DNA from: Treponemataceae bacterium
Lineage (GTDB): Bacteria > Spirochaetota > Spirochaetia > Treponematales > Rectinemataceae
Assembly: GCA_963667725.2 (NCBI GenBank)
Contig: CAXXHO010000003.1
Coordinates: 1,088,001 to 1,152,000 of the forward strand
Length of the DNA: 64,000 nt
Reading direction: 5' to 3'
The stretch's first letter is position 1, and the number at the start of each line of letters is the position of its first letter. Positions 17,808 to 29,023 of the stretch are shown piece by piece. The notes below the pieces were generated by a model, which did not search any database, was not told the DNA's origin, and saw nothing but the letters and a program-made list of their open reading frames with translations. The position numbers and the translations under genes were made by a program.

Positions 17808-19250
17808 ATGAATGGAGGCAGAAAACCTGGTTTCTCACCGATGGACCGCTGTCTCGATACATTTTTTGCCGATCATCCCGATGCTATTGGCCAGGGGCTC
17901 ATTGTAGCGTATTCAGGCGGGGTCGATTCCGTTTCCCTGCTCAGCGCGCTTGCCTCAAGAGGCCTCAATTCCCTGCGCGCTGTCCATGTTATGCATAACT
18001 TAAGGTCGGCCGATGAGCTTCGAAGGGAAGGGGAAATTGTCCGCGAAACATGCCGCGAACTTCACCTTCCGCTCACTATAGCGACCGTCAAGCCGGGCGC
18101 GATCCAGAAGTTAGCCGATAAGAAAAAAATCGGGATAGAAGCCGCGGCGCGCGAAATAAGATACGGAATCCTGAAGCGCAGCGCCAAACGCTTTGGAATG
18201 AGCCTGATATGCACTGCCCACAATGCCGACGATCAGCTAGAAACCCTTATCAGCCGGTTTCTCAGCGCATCGAGCATCGACGGACTCGGGGGAATCCAGC
18301 CTCTTCGCGATATAGGCGACGGGCTTCTTCTTATCAGGCCGATTTTGTCTCTTTGCAGGAAAGACATCGAACAGTATGCCCTTTCCAAAAAGCTCGCCGT
18401 TTCCACCGATTCCACCAACGCGTCAGCTAGCTTTTCGCGCAACAGGATTCGCCACGCGATCATGCCGACGCTCGACCGCGAATTCCCGGGATGGAAAAAC
18501 GGGCTCCTCGGGACTTCCAGGAAACTGGCCGACGACAAGCTTGTTCTGGATGAAGTTCTCGGCAAGGCCCTCGATGCCTGCCATGTCGATACGGAAGGGA
18601 AAAAAGCCTCGATCGACCTCGGAATTTTTTCATCGGCGCCGGCTGCCATAAGGATAAGGATGCTGGCTCGGTGCATGCCCATTCTGGGCAGGGAAGGCCG
18701 CTTGTCCTGGAAGGCTTTACGATCAGCATCCGAATCGATAGCTCAGGGAGCTTCAGCCGCCGATGTCCCCGGGGCAAGAATATTCATCAGCGACGGAAGG
18801 CTGGAAATCGTGCCTGGGCTTGATTTTCATGGCGAAGACAAGTATTTTTTCGTGATATCTTCTGAAGGAATCTATCGCTGCGGCCCGACCGAGATTACCA
18901 TAGGCTGGGATGCCCCTGAAGCCGAAACCCAAGGTTCCGGCGGAAGGAAGGCAGAAAGCAAGGGATACTTGATCGAAGGATCCTTCGTTTTTCCATTGAT
19001 AGTGCGCTCAAGGAAAGCGGGAGACGTGATAAGGGCGGTGGAAGGCGAAAAGCGGCTGGACGATATTATGAAGTCCTGGCACCTGGACAAAGGGATCAGG
19101 GATATGATTCCCGTCATTGAGGACAGGGAAGGCATTGTGGCCGTCCTTCCTTCATCGCTTGAAGCGGCTCACTCGCACAACGAGAAATTCAGGAACTATG
19201 CAGGTCCGCAGAATGGCCGCAGGCTTTATATCAGGATTAAAGGAGCATAA
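17808..19250 (+). CDS. tilS: tRNA(Ile)-lysidine synthetase
   Basis: AYSGGVDS PP-loop, EAAAREIRY, AHNADDQLET, RPIL, DSTN, RNRIRH; start uncertain (17808 or 17841). Confidence 0.94.
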   Translation: MNGGRKPGFSPMDRCLDTFFADHPDAIGQGLIVAYSGGVDSVSLLSALASRGLNSLRAVHVMHNLRSADELRREGEIVRETCRELHLPLTIATVKPGAIQKLADKKKIGIEAAAREIRYGILKRSAKRFGMSLICTAHNADDQLETLISRFLSASSIDGLGGIQPLRDIGDGLLLIRPILSLCRKDIEQYALSKKLAVSTDSTNASASFSRNRIRHAIMPTLDREFPGWKNGLLGTSRKLADDKLVLDEVLGKALDACHVDTEGKKASIDLGIFSSAPAAIRIRMLARCMPILGREGRLSWKALRSASESIAQGASAADVPGARIFISDGRLEIVPGLDFHGEDKYFFVISSEGIYRCGPTEITIGWDAPEAETQGSGGRKAESKGYLIEGSFVFPLIVRSRKAGDVIRAVEGEKRLDDIMKSWHLDKGIRDMIPVIEDREGIVAVLPSSLEAAHSHNEKFRNYAGPQNGRRLYIRIKGA

Positions 19251-19255
19251 TTTCG

Positions 19256-21139
19256 ATGCTTGACGATAAGAAGAACGATGAAAATCCTAAACGCCCCGAA
19301 CTGCCCAAGGGGATTCCCCCGAGGGCCAACAAGGCCGCTCTCGCGGTTTTTCTTTCCTTGACGGTGCTTTTCGCGACTTTTTTCCTTTTCAACGACAAGT
19401 CGCCTTCGAAAGAAATTCCCTATTCAGCATTTCTTTCCTATCTGGATTTGGGGGAAGTGGATTCAGTTCAGATAGTGGACCAGAAGCAGATCGAGGGATC
19501 GCTGCGGAGCGCCGACGGCACGCAGGTGGCGTTCAGGACATCGATTCCTTACATCGACCTCCAGCTCCTCGCCCAGCTCAAGGATAAGAACGTCAAGGTG
19601 TCGGGAGCCGTCGGTAGTTCCAGCCCTCTACAGATATTATTTGAACTGGCGCCCTGGTTTTTCGGCTTCTTCCTTATCTGGATCATGATGAGGCAGATGC
19701 AGGGCAACAATAAGGCATTCCAGTTCGGCAAGAGCAGGGCCAAGCGCTATATTGAGCCAAGCAAGAAAATCACTTTCGACGATGTGGCCGGGCAGAAAGA
19801 AGCCAAATACGAACTCATGGAAGTCGTCGATTACCTGAAGAATCCGCAAAAATTCTCCAAGATGGGCGCCAAGATACCCAAGGGCGTCCTCCTCGTGGGC
19901 ATGCCCGGAACCGGTAAAACCCTCATAGCGAAAGCGACTGCGGGCGAAGCCAACGTGCCGTTCTTCCATATGTCGGGATCCGATTTCGTGGAGATGTTCG
20001 TCGGCGTCGGGGCAAGCAGGGTGAGGGACCTCTTTGAGCAGGGCAGAAAGAACGCTCCCTGCATTCTGTTCATCGATGAGCTGGACGCTGTAGGCAGGAC
20101 CAGGGGCGCCGGCTACGGCGGCGGCCATGATGAAAGGGAGCAGACCCTCAACCAAATGCTGGTGGAGATGGACGGTTTCGACACCAAAGACGGCGTCATC
20201 ATACTCGCGGCGACGAACAGGCCCGACGTGCTGGATCCGGCCCTTCTGAGACCGGGACGATTCGACCGCCAGGTGGTCGTCGCGATGCCCGACGTCAAGG
20301 AACGCGAAGCCATTATAAAGATTCATATGGCTGTCATTCCCGTCGATCCCAATGTCGATGTCCTGAGACTCGCGAAGGCCACTCCCGGCACTTCGGGCGC
20401 CGATTTGGCCAATATGGTCAACGAAGCTGCCCTGTTCGCCATCAGGAAGAACAAGACCACCGTTGAAATGGAAGACTTCGAAGACGCGAGGGACAAAGTC
20501 CTTATGGGCGTGGCGCGCAAGAGTCTTGTCATCGCCGAGGAAGAGAAGAAGGCGACGGCCGTGCATGAGTCAGGCCATGCCCTTCTGCATTATTTCCTAC
20601 CCAACGCCGATCCGCTGCATAAGGTGACGATCGTCCCGAGGGGCAGGGCGCTGGGACTCGCTTTATCCCTCCCCGAAAAAGACTCCTTTTCCCTCTCCCG
20701 CGGCTGGCTTTATGACAGGCTTGTCATAACCTACGGCGGCTACGCTGCTGAGCGGCTGATTTACGGCGAAACGACGACCGGCACGGCCCAGGACCTGCGG
20801 CAGGCAACCGATATGGCGCGCCGAATGGTCTGCGAATGGGGTATGGGCGAGAATTTGGACCCGATGGCTTATGGCCAGGAAGATGAGCCGATTTTTATCG
20901 GGAAAGAGATAGCGCGCCATAAGGATTATTCCGAGGAAACCGCGAGGAAGATTGATGAAGCCCTGAAGAATCTTCTCGGCAAAGCGCTGCAGCAGGCAAC
21001 CGACATTCTCACCAGGGAAAGGGTGAAGCTGGAAGCCTTGGCCGCGGAACTCATGCAGAAAGAAACCCTGGAGGATGCCGACGTGAGGACGCTCCTGGGC
21101 TTTGAGTCCAATCATAACGTACAGGTGACCGAAGCCTGA
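19256..21139 (+). CDS. ftsH: ATP-dependent zinc metalloprotease FtsH
   Basis: Two TM segments, [29 protein letters not shown] zinc motif. Confidence 0.97.
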   Translation: MLDDKKNDENPKRPELPKGIPPRANKAALAVFLSLTVLFATFFLFNDKSPSKEIPYSAFLSYLDLGEVDSVQIVDQKQIEGSLRSADGTQVAFRTSIPYIDLQLLAQLKDKNVKVSGAVGSSSPLQILFELAPWFFGFFLIWIMMRQMQGNNKAFQFGKSRAKRYIEPSKKITFDDVAGQKEAKYELMEVVDYLKNPQKFSKMGAKIPKGVLLVGMPGTGKTLIAKATAGEANVPFFHMSGSDFVEMFVGVGASRVRDLFEQGRKNAPCILFIDELDAVGRTRGAGYGGGHDEREQTLNQMLVEMDGFDTKDGVIILAATNRPDVLDPALLRPGRFDRQVVVAMPDVKEREAIIKIHMAVIPVDPNVDVLRLAKATPGTSGADLANMVNEAALFAIRKNKTTVEMEDFEDARDKVLMGVARKSLVIAEEEKKATAVHESGHALLHYFLPNADPLHKVTIVPRGRALGLALSLPEKDSFSLSRGWLYDRLVITYGGYAAERLIYGETTTGTAQDLRQATDMARRMVCEWGMGENLDPMAYGQEDEPIFIGKEIARHKDYSEETARKIDEALKNLLGKALQQATDILTRERVKLEALAAELMQKETLEDADVRTLLGFESNHNVQVTEA

Positions 21140-21150
21140 CAGGAGAAGGG

Positions 21151-23004
21151 ATGAGCCACGGGGCATCGCGGCATTTAGGCGCACTGCTGTTTTTTTTCCT
21201 GTTGGCAAGTTCATGCTCCAATCTTCCTGAGGTGGAGACGAAGTCAGTCGATTATTCTGTCCTCAAGCGGGATGAACTTTTGGCTTTAGCCGAAGTCGAC
21301 CAGGAATCATGCATCGAGGCGTTATCCGTGATTTCAGTATCGGAGAGCCAGGATGCCAGCCTGGATTATGAGAGTCAGGCGGATCTCGCGTCCTTTGCGA
21401 CAGAAAAACTTGCAGCGAGATTCAGCGCCGAGATGAATGAAGGCCGCTGGAAGTCCGCCGAAAAAAGCCTTGCTTCCCTCCAGGCCATCGAGTATATGGC
21501 TGACGGTGTTTTTCTCCAGGCATCCCTCATAGCTGGAGCCGCCCTTCCTCGGAATGCGGCAGCGAAGATTTATCTTGGCAAGGCCGAAGAATATGCGAGA
21601 AGGAACCTGTATTCTCCAGCCGCGGCCTATATCCATAAGGCCTTGGACGCGACTTCCTTTACGGGGGGCGATGCAACGATAGATCCTTCTCTCCTGGAAG
21701 CATGGTACGCGAAGGCGGCGAAGGCAGAAGACGGGGCTACCATGCGTCGCATACTCTCCTTTTTAGCGAAGGAGAGGGCTGATTACCTCATCCAGTCCAT
21801 TGGGATCGGCGCAATAAAGACGAAAATCGGAGAAATGGCCGACGGTGTCGTCACTGTCCATGTAGACAAAGGATTGAAGATCGAAAATGGCGTCGGGTAT
21901 CCGGAGAGGATCCTCGGCACCGCCTTTCAGGTCGAATCCAGCGGTTATTACATAACCAACTATCATGTCATATCCAGCGAAGTGGATCCCGCCTATAATG
22001 GATATTCCCGCCTCTCGATACGCCCGCCAAGCAATCCCGAAGCCAGGATTCCGGCGAAAGTCGTGGCCTGGAATGAAGATCTGGATTTGGCCGTTCTTAA
22101 AAGCCAGGAGATTTCTTCCCATACCTTTTATCCTTTCAAGCCTGAAAAAGCCTTCAAAGGGCAAAAAGTATATGCCATCGGGAGCCCCGTGGGGCTCGAG
22201 AACAGCGTTGCGGCCGGAATTGTCAGCGCGACGGGAAGGCGGATACTGCCGCGAGGCGAAGCCATTCAGATCGACGCCCCCATAAATCCCGGCAACTCTG
22301 GCGGGCCTCTGCTGGACGAGGATGGCGATCTGCTGGGGATCGTTTTTGCCGGCCTCTCCAATTTTCAAGGGCTGAATTTCGCCCTTCCCGTATCCTGGAT
22401 ATCCACCGTATTCCCTTCGCTTTTTGACGAAGGTAAGATCGAGACATCCTGGCTTGGCCTTGGAATCGCCAAGAATCTCGATGCAAGTCTCGATATTAGC
22501 TATGTCTTTCCGGGAAAGGGCGGGATCGAAGCCGGCGACAGCCTTCTCTCTCTCGACGGCAAGGCATGCGCCGACATACAGGAAGCCCAAATGCTGGCAG
22601 CCGGCAAACCAGTGGGCTCTCTATGCTCGGTACTCATCAAGAGAAGGGGCAAGCCTCTCCATATAGTTCGAAAAACTGAAGCCATGCCCGATATACCGTT
22701 CAAGAAAGCATCCCAGCGCGATACGGCCGAACGGATGCTGCAGGGAGCCACGGGGATGCTGTTGGATCACGTTTCCGGCCCTCGTGGCAATGGCGGAACC
22801 TATAAAGTAACCAAAACATGGCCAGGCATGATGGCCGATGAGTCGGGAATCGGCGAGGCCGATATCCTCAAGTTCCTCAGATATTCAGTCGATGGCCGAA
22901 AGAACGCGATTATCTTCGATGTCAGCGTGAAATCGCTAGGGTCAGGGTATCTGGAGCGCACGATGAGGATGGGGCTTTCTCTGGAAACGGACAACTTTCT
23001 ATAG
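21151..23004 (+). CDS. S1C (HtrA-like) serine protease, probable lipoprotein with helical N-terminal region and PDZ-like C-terminus
   Basis: Lipobox-like LASSC; triad TNYHV, DLAVL, GNSGGP; follows ftsH. Confidence 0.85.
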   Translation: MSHGASRHLGALLFFFLLASSCSNLPEVETKSVDYSVLKRDELLALAEVDQESCIEALSVISVSESQDASLDYESQADLASFATEKLAARFSAEMNEGRWKSAEKSLASLQAIEYMADGVFLQASLIAGAALPRNAAAKIYLGKAEEYARRNLYSPAAAYIHKALDATSFTGGDATIDPSLLEAWYAKAAKAEDGATMRRILSFLAKERADYLIQSIGIGAIKTKIGEMADGVVTVHVDKGLKIENGVGYPERILGTAFQVESSGYYITNYHVISSEVDPAYNGYSRLSIRPPSNPEARIPAKVVAWNEDLDLAVLKSQEISSHTFYPFKPEKAFKGQKVYAIGSPVGLENSVAAGIVSATGRRILPRGEAIQIDAPINPGNSGGPLLDEDGDLLGIVFAGLSNFQGLNFALPVSWISTVFPSLFDEGKIETSWLGLGIAKNLDASLDISYVFPGKGGIEAGDSLLSLDGKACADIQEAQMLAAGKPVGSLCSVLIKRRGKPLHIVRKTEAMPDIPFKKASQRDTAERMLQGATGMLLDHVSGPRGNGGTYKVTKTWPGMMADESGIGEADILKFLRYSVDGRKNAIIFDVSVKSLGSGYLERTMRMGLSLETDNFL

Positions 23005-23055
23005 TATCATTGCTTGAAACAGGGCAGAATCCAACTGCCGAGCGGGGTATTGTCG

Positions 23056-24948
23056 ATGTCCTTGATCGCGATAGTGGAACATGAGGCGCTGGTTGCCCTC
23101 GATATCGCTAAAACCCTCCAACGCGCCGGCTACGACATAGCTGGACCTTTTGCGGACGGACGGGAGTATCTGGAAGCCTTGGCGAAGAGCCGAGGGTACG
23201 ATCTCCTTCTCGTGGACCTCGCGCTCGAAGGTTCTGTTTCCGGAATGGAAGTCGCTCTCGATTCCAGGAAAAAAGCGGGCATACCTTGCGTTCTTGTCAC
23301 GGCTCTCCTGGATTCGGATATCTCGCCCGGGACAAAAGACGCCGAACCGCTTGGCATTCTCGTGAAGCCCTTTTCCGAGCGCGAGCTGCTGGGGACGACA
23401 GAAATAGCTCTTTTCCGCGCGGGAATGGAAAGACGGCTCTTCTGCAGCGAAAAACGCTATAGAAAACTCTTCGATCTTAGCCTATCGCCGCGCTGCATCG
23501 CCGACGCCGACGGAAAGATACTCGAGATGAATGAGTCATTCGCAAAAGTATTCTCCATTCCTGCCCCGGCGCCCGTGCTCTCTTCCCTTTTCAGGGGCAA
23601 GGGAGATTGGGATAGAGTGAGGAACTCGGTTCTGGGCGGAAAGACGATTCTGGGCGAAGAATTCCCAATGTCCGATACGGGGGGCAGACAATTATCCATT
23701 CTGGCATCCTTTTCCGCATTCGATGAATCGGGATCGGGCAAAACGCTGATATCCTCGGAATTCTTCGATCTGACCGAATCCCACAGACTTCAGGACGAAC
23801 TGCTACAGTCCCAGAAAATGGATGCTATGGGAAGGCTGGCCGGCGGCATCGCACACGACTTCAATAATATACTGACAGCCATCGTCGGACACGCGGAGAT
23901 GCTCAAACTGGATATCAAGCCGCAGGATGCCGCATACGAGGATGTAGAAGGAATCGTTAAAACAGCGAGCAGGGCAACCCAGCTCACGAGACAGCTCCTT
24001 GGTTTTTCCCGAAAACAGCCTTATTCTCCAAAACCCGTGGGACTTGTCTCCATCGTGAGGGAAGCAACCGGTCTATTGAGAAAGCTTGTCGGCGAATCCG
24101 TGCTTTTCTCGGTAATACTGCCGCCTTCCGACTTTATCGTATATGCTGATCCTATACAGCTTGAGCAGGCGCTTATCAATCTGGTGGTAAACGCGCGCGA
24201 TGCCCTGGAAGGTAAAGCCGGAGCAAAATTGAGCGTGCTCGTGGAAGAAAAAAAACTGACCGAAGCGACGCGGACGGGAACCTACCTACTTCCTCCCGGG
24301 AGTTATGCGACGATAGAAGTAGCGGACAACGGGAGCGGGATCTCCTCGGAACTCGTCGGGAAAATATTCGACCCCTTCTTCACGACGAAGGAAACCGGCA
24401 AAGGCACGGGACTTGGCTTGGCCATCGTTTCTTCCATCGCCGCCCAGACCAGGGGAGCGATCAGCCTGTGGAGCGAAGTCGGCAAGGGTACGACCTTTAC
24501 GCTTTGGCTGCCCGCGACCCTTGAAGAAGGCAAAAGCCAGCCCATAGGGATCAGCCATGCCTCGGAACAGGTAGTTGAGAGCCAGGATCTAACATTGCAG
24601 GGAAAACCGAACATACTGCTGGTGGATGACGATGAATCTCTGCTGGAATTCCTCTCATACACGCTTTCCAAGGCGGGGGCCTCCGTGATGTACGCGAGAA
24701 ACGCGGGGGAGGCCATCCTTCAGGCGGAGCAGAACGACTATGAAGTCCTCGTGGCTGAGATAAACTTGCCAGGCCTGGACGGATTGGATCTCTACTCGAG
24801 ACTTTCGGCGGGGAAACCTTTGCGCTGCGTTTTTATCTCAGGCCGGACCGGATCGAGCATAACCCTCCCCAAGGGAACGAGACTGCTCGAAAAGCCTTTT
24901 ACCCCTTGGGAATTCATCTCTGCCATACGCGAGGCGGCTTCCTCTTGA
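23056..24948 (+). CDS. Cytoplasmic hybrid sensor histidine kinase (REC-PAS-HisKA-HATPase-REC)
   Basis: H-box AGGIAHDFNNIL, NLVVNARDA, DNGSG, FDPFFTTK, GTGLGL; receiver domains at both ends; no TM. Confidence 0.92.
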   Translation: MSLIAIVEHEALVALDIAKTLQRAGYDIAGPFADGREYLEALAKSRGYDLLLVDLALEGSVSGMEVALDSRKKAGIPCVLVTALLDSDISPGTKDAEPLGILVKPFSERELLGTTEIALFRAGMERRLFCSEKRYRKLFDLSLSPRCIADADGKILEMNESFAKVFSIPAPAPVLSSLFRGKGDWDRVRNSVLGGKTILGEEFPMSDTGGRQLSILASFSAFDESGSGKTLISSEFFDLTESHRLQDELLQSQKMDAMGRLAGGIAHDFNNILTAIVGHAEMLKLDIKPQDAAYEDVEGIVKTASRATQLTRQLLGFSRKQPYSPKPVGLVSIVREATGLLRKLVGESVLFSVILPPSDFIVYADPIQLEQALINLVVNARDALEGKAGAKLSVLVEEKKLTEATRTGTYLLPPGSYATIEVADNGSGISSELVGKIFDPFFTTKETGKGTGLGLAIVSSIAAQTRGAISLWSEVGKGTTFTLWLPATLEEGKSQPIGISHASEQVVESQDLTLQGKPNILLVDDDESLLEFLSYTLSKAGASVMYARNAGEAILQAEQNDYEVLVAEINLPGLDGLDLYSRLSAGKPLRCVFISGRTGSSITLPKGTRLLEKPFTPWEFISAIREAASS

Positions 24949-24954
24949 GCGGCG

Positions 24955-25668
24955 TCATGAAAGAATCTGTCGGTAAAGGCGTTCTTCCAGTTCGATAAGC
25001 TCCTTCGAAGCATAGCGACGGCTTTCCCGGGCGATGGGGACATCGAGCCTGTCCAGCAGCTTTGAGGGTCGGGAAGAGAGAACCAGTATCTGATCGGCCA
25101 GATAGAGCGCATCCTGAATGTCGTGCGTCACGAATATCGCCGTTCTTTTTTCCTCCCTCCATAGAAGGGAAAACAAATCCATCAATTCTATGCGCAGCTT
25201 GAGATCCACCGAGGAAAACGCCTCGTCGAGAAGAAGGATGTCGGAAGGGTAGGCGAAGGCGCGGGCAAGGGATAGTCTGCGTTTCATCCCCCCGGACAAG
25301 CCGAAGGGTTTCGCGTCCCCGAAATCTTCCAGCCCCGCGCTTTTAAGAAAACGCGCGGCTCTTTCCAGGACCACAGCCTTATCTTTCAGTCCCGAAAGCG
25401 CGAAGAGAAGGTTGTCCATGGAGGAGAGCCAGGGCAGAAGACGCGGTTCCTGAAAAGAATAGGAATAGCTTGCGAAGGGGAACCCTGTCAGGGAGCCTTC
25501 ATCCGGCTCAAGAATTCCGGCGATTATATTGAGGAGGGTCGTTTTGCCGCAACCAGACGGACCGAGAATAGCCGTTACCGAAGAAGAATTAAATGACGCA
25601 TCGATTCCCGCAAGGACTTCGAGCGGACCGAATCGTTTCTTTATTCCTTTCAGCTCGAAGGAGTTCAT
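24955..25668 (-). CDS. NitT/TauT-family ABC transporter ATP-binding protein
   Basis: GPSGCGKTT, FQEPRLLPW, LSGGM, LLLDEAF, VTHD; ATGA overlap with permease. Confidence 0.92.
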   Translation of the reverse strand: MNSFELKGIKKRFGPLEVLAGIDASFNSSSVTAILGPSGCGKTTLLNIIAGILEPDEGSLTGFPFASYSYSFQEPRLLPWLSSMDNLLFALSGLKDKAVVLERAARFLKSAGLEDFGDAKPFGLSGGMKRRLSLARAFAYPSDILLLDEAFSSVDLKLRIELMDLFSLLWREEKRTAIFVTHDIQDALYLADQILVLSSRPSKLLDRLDVPIARESRRYASKELIELEERLYRQILS

Positions 25669-26471
25669 TCCGCTTTTTCTCCTTGGGGAAGAGCAAAACG
25701 TTTCGCCACAAGGCCAAGGAGGAATTCGCTTATGCCGCAAAGGAATACCGTCACGACGGCCCAGGCCAGGACGGTTCCCGTTTCAAGCGAAAGCCTTGCG
25801 TCCTGAAGGCCAGTGCCGAGGGCGAAGACAGGCTGGCTCAGCACTTCTCCTGCCACTACGACTTTCCAGCAAAGACCCAGGGCATTCTTCGTCCCTGATA
25901 AAAAGTGACCGCGAGCGGCGGGAAGTTTCAATCTGAAGAACTGAACCAGTGGAGGGACCTTGAATACGTCGGCCATCTCGAGCAGTTCCCGATCGATGGA
26001 AACAATGCCCGCATAGGTGGAGGTGTGGATGATTGGGTAGGCCATGAGAAAGGCGGAGAAAATGGGCACGCCGGAGGAAGGCAGCCAAAACATGGCTATC
26101 AGGATGAGCGCTAATACTGGCGTTGCGCGTATCGTCGTCAAGAGGGGAGCCAGGAAGTCGTTAAACCAAGGATGTAATCCCGCCGCTGCTCCCGTTGCCG
26201 CTCCTATGAGGACAGAGAGAAAAAATGAGATGAGGACACGCTCGAGGGTGCCGAGAATGGCTTGCCACAGATGGGATGAGAAAAGAAGGGAGCCGAGATT
26301 CTGGGCTACTTCCTCAGGCCCCGGTAGTATGATCGAGGAGCCGATCGCGACGGAGATAAGTTTCCAGACGAGCAGCGCCGCGACGATACCAAGTAAACCA
26401 AAGCCCAGCCGGCGAGAAAGCCTTGCTCTTTCGCTTCGTTTTAGGGGCAATGGCAGCTTGGTCGTTCTCAT
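25665..26471 (-). CDS. NitT/TauT-family ABC transporter permease
   Basis: ILPGPEEV, multiple TMs, ELLEMA, WKVVVAGE. Confidence 0.9.
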   Translation of the reverse strand: MRTTKLPLPLKRSERARLSRRLGFGLLGIVAALLVWKLISVAIGSSIILPGPEEVAQNLGSLLFSSHLWQAILGTLERVLISFFLSVLIGAATGAAAGLHPWFNDFLAPLLTTIRATPVLALILIAMFWLPSSGVPIFSAFLMAYPIIHTSTYAGIVSIDRELLEMADVFKVPPLVQFFRLKLPAARGHFLSGTKNALGLCWKVVVAGEVLSQPVFALGTGLQDARLSLETGTVLAWAVVTVFLCGISEFLLGLVAKRFALPQGEKAE

Positions 26472-26486
26472 CCGCTGAAGTCCCGC

Positions 26487-27455
26487 TCAGAGAGCGTAGA
26501 AATTCGCCCCGGGCAGCTTCCCGCCGACGGATTGGGGGTCCGAGGCGAGGAAAAGGGAGAGCAGCGCCTCGATGCTTGCCCTGGCTTCCAAAGCTGAGCT
26601 GTAGACATAGGCGGATTTGGGGATCGCAGCCTGAGCGATCGCCGCTTTCATGCCTAGGCCAAGTTCTTCCACGAGCTTGCCTGTGGCCGCGGGATCCTCA
26701 AGGGTCTTTTTTATGGAAGCTTCATAGGCCTCGGCGATGCGTTGAACAACCTCGGGATGAGCTTCGGTCAAGCGCCTCGAAACGACAAAAAGAGACATGG
26801 GGTAGCTCTCCAATCCCGTTCTCTCCTTCCAGAGCGCGTCGAGGTTTATTGGAGAGCTGATTGATTTATTAAGCATGATCGCTTGCGTGGCAAAGGGTTC
26901 GGGCAGTACGGCGCAGGAGATTCTGCCGGCCGCGAGCTGGGCAGCCATCTCCGGGCTCGCGAGATTAAAGAGGGCTGTAAAATCCCTGCCCGCTTCCATG
27001 GATTCTTTTTCGGCGAGAAAGCGGAAGAGATAATCCGGCGTTGCTTTTTGGCCCGCTATATAGACTTCCTTACCCTTAAGATCGGATAGATTCTTTATCG
27101 AAGGATCGATGGAGAGGAACTTGACCATGCCATTCCCGACTACGGCGAGGACTTTTACCGGTACGCCCGCGTTGAAAAGCTTCGCGGCGAGGTTCACGGG
27201 CAGCACGCCGCCCTGGATTTCGCCCGAAATAAGCTTGGCCGCGACAAGATCGGCGCTGGCCGCGGTTACGAACTGGAGATCGACGCCGGGAGATTGAGGC
27301 GGCTGCGCCATCATCCAGGCGCTTCCGATCCCTGACGGTCCTTTGAGAATGGATATAAGGATTTTTTCGGTAACCGGCTGGGCGAAAGCCCCAGCCGCGG
27401 ACGCGAACGTCAATGCCGCAGCCAACATACACGAGACTCCGCGAAACGATTTCAT
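26487..27455 (-). CDS. NitT/TauT (SsuA/THI5-like) ABC substrate-binding protein
   Basis: Signal peptide ending AFA-Q, KGPSGIG, DLKGK, ATPD, VLPEPF; ATGA overlap with rqcH. Confidence 0.85.
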   Translation of the reverse strand: MKSFRGVSCMLAAALTFASAAGAFAQPVTEKILISILKGPSGIGSAWMMAQPPQSPGVDLQFVTAASADLVAAKLISGEIQGGVLPVNLAAKLFNAGVPVKVLAVVGNGMVKFLSIDPSIKNLSDLKGKEVYIAGQKATPDYLFRFLAEKESMEAGRDFTALFNLASPEMAAQLAAGRISCAVLPEPFATQAIMLNKSISSPINLDALWKERTGLESYPMSLFVVSRRLTEAHPEVVQRIAEAYEASIKKTLEDPAATGKLVEELGLGMKAAIAQAAIPKSAYVYSSALEARASIEALLSLFLASDPQSVGGKLPGANFYAL

Positions 27456-28990
27456 GATTCTCCTCCTGAAGAACAAGCCAGTAATTCCTTGATGCGAAGC
27501 TCGTCGAGGTGGATGAAAAGGTTCTTTTCGAGGGTGGGGATGACCAAGCCCTTAGGTCCATCTTTTACGCGCCGCAAATATTTAGCCTGAGTATAATACA
27601 CATTGCCTTCCATGTTTTTTCGCGCCTTAGAATAATAGAGCGCCAGATTAGCCGCGTCCAGCATTATATCGAGCGGGAAGGTCTTCGAACGCTGAGCCTT
27701 GATGAATACGTACGATCCAGAATAATCGCGTGCGTGAAGCCAGAGGTCTGAGCCGCGTATATGATGCCTCAAGAGTTCGTCGTTTTCTTTAGCCGATCTC
27801 CCAACGAGCATGGTCCAGCTCTTGTACTCCAGCCAGATGCATGGAAATTTACGGGTCGACTGTTCGCGAACCGTCCCTGCTTTTTCCAGCGCCTTCGCGA
27901 TGGCGAAGGGATCGTTTTCCGCTCGCATCCTCGTAAGCCAGATCTTCGCCTCTTCCTGCTCGTAATTCAGCCTTGCGAGCTCCTTGCCGATTTCCTCCAG
28001 GCCAGAGGAAGCCTTGCGAAATTTTTCATAGTACTTCTGAGCGTTTTCCACATTGCTCAGCGAGGGATCGATCTGTATTGAAACATGCTTGTCGGCATAG
28101 AAATCGTGGGCTTCGATGAATGCGCTCGAACCGGAACGCGGATTTTTAGACGTCGAAGAGTCGAACCCTCCTGCCATCAGGATGTCGCCGATCTGTTTGT
28201 AGCGTTCCGCGTCGCCGTAATCCTTGAGAAGAAGCCTGAGTTCGGTTTCGCGCGTTTCCATGAGGCGCATGCGCTTTTCAAAACGCTCGTTGGCGCGAAG
28301 CCGCATGTTGTCGAGGGACAGCTCACCCGCCTTGTTTCCATAATGGATCGCCACGCGCTCCGAAAAGCTTCCGTCGCCTTCCAGGTCGCGAATGGCGAAT
28401 TTTTCGTTCTTCCTGGCCATCTCATCGGCGTCGGGAACCTGCAGTGATGATTCGATGAGGCAGAGTTCGCCCGAGCTTTCGCCTTTTTCCGGCTTTCTCA
28501 ATAAAGCATCGACGATGAGGTTGTTCTCATCGACAAGGAAGATATTCCCGGCCGCGCCGCTCCATAGTCGGGCATAGATGGCGTAGCTTCTTGAAGGAGC
28601 GCGCGGTATGCCGTTGGAAGTCTTTCCCATATCCGCACGTTCGGGCTCAGATAGCTCGGTTTCCTCGTCCACCGGCATGGTGAGGGAAATTTTCACTATC
28701 CGGTCCGAGGCGAGCTGTTCCACCGAATCGATTCTGCCGCCTCGAATGCGGGACTTGAGGCACTCCATGAAACGCAATGGCCTTTCGTTCTTGACAGGCA
28801 GCTCGGAGAGCGCGTGGATTCTGCACGCACCGGCTGAAACGCTTATGAGAATATCCTGCCGGCCTTCTGCCGTTCCGAAGGTTTCAAGAATGATCGTATC
28901 GTAGGATGGCTGCAGAACCTTCTGTATTCTCGTGCCGACCAGCTTCAGCTCGGACAGAACGAGATCGATTTCCTTGAAATTGAGCGACAT
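27452..28990 (-). CDS. rqcH: NFACT-family ribosome quality-control protein (RqcH/FbpA-like)
   Basis: DRIV, NIFLVD, ENAQKYYEKFRK coiled coil, VGRSAKEND, WLHARDYSGS, AANLALYYSK. Confidence 0.85.
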   Translation of the reverse strand: MSLNFKEIDLVLSELKLVGTRIQKVLQPSYDTIILETFGTAEGRQDILISVSAGACRIHALSELPVKNERPLRFMECLKSRIRGGRIDSVEQLASDRIVKISLTMPVDEETELSEPERADMGKTSNGIPRAPSRSYAIYARLWSGAAGNIFLVDENNLIVDALLRKPEKGESSGELCLIESSLQVPDADEMARKNEKFAIRDLEGDGSFSERVAIHYGNKAGELSLDNMRLRANERFEKRMRLMETRETELRLLLKDYGDAERYKQIGDILMAGGFDSSTSKNPRSGSSAFIEAHDFYADKHVSIQIDPSLSNVENAQKYYEKFRKASSGLEEIGKELARLNYEQEEAKIWLTRMRAENDPFAIAKALEKAGTVREQSTRKFPCIWLEYKSWTMLVGRSAKENDELLRHHIRGSDLWLHARDYSGSYVFIKAQRSKTFPLDIMLDAANLALYYSKARKNMEGNVYYTQAKYLRRVKDGPKGLVIPTLEKNLFIHLDELRIKELLACSSGGES

Positions 28991-29023
28991 TCTACATCCT
29001 GGCGCGTCCCGCGCGCCCTGCCT

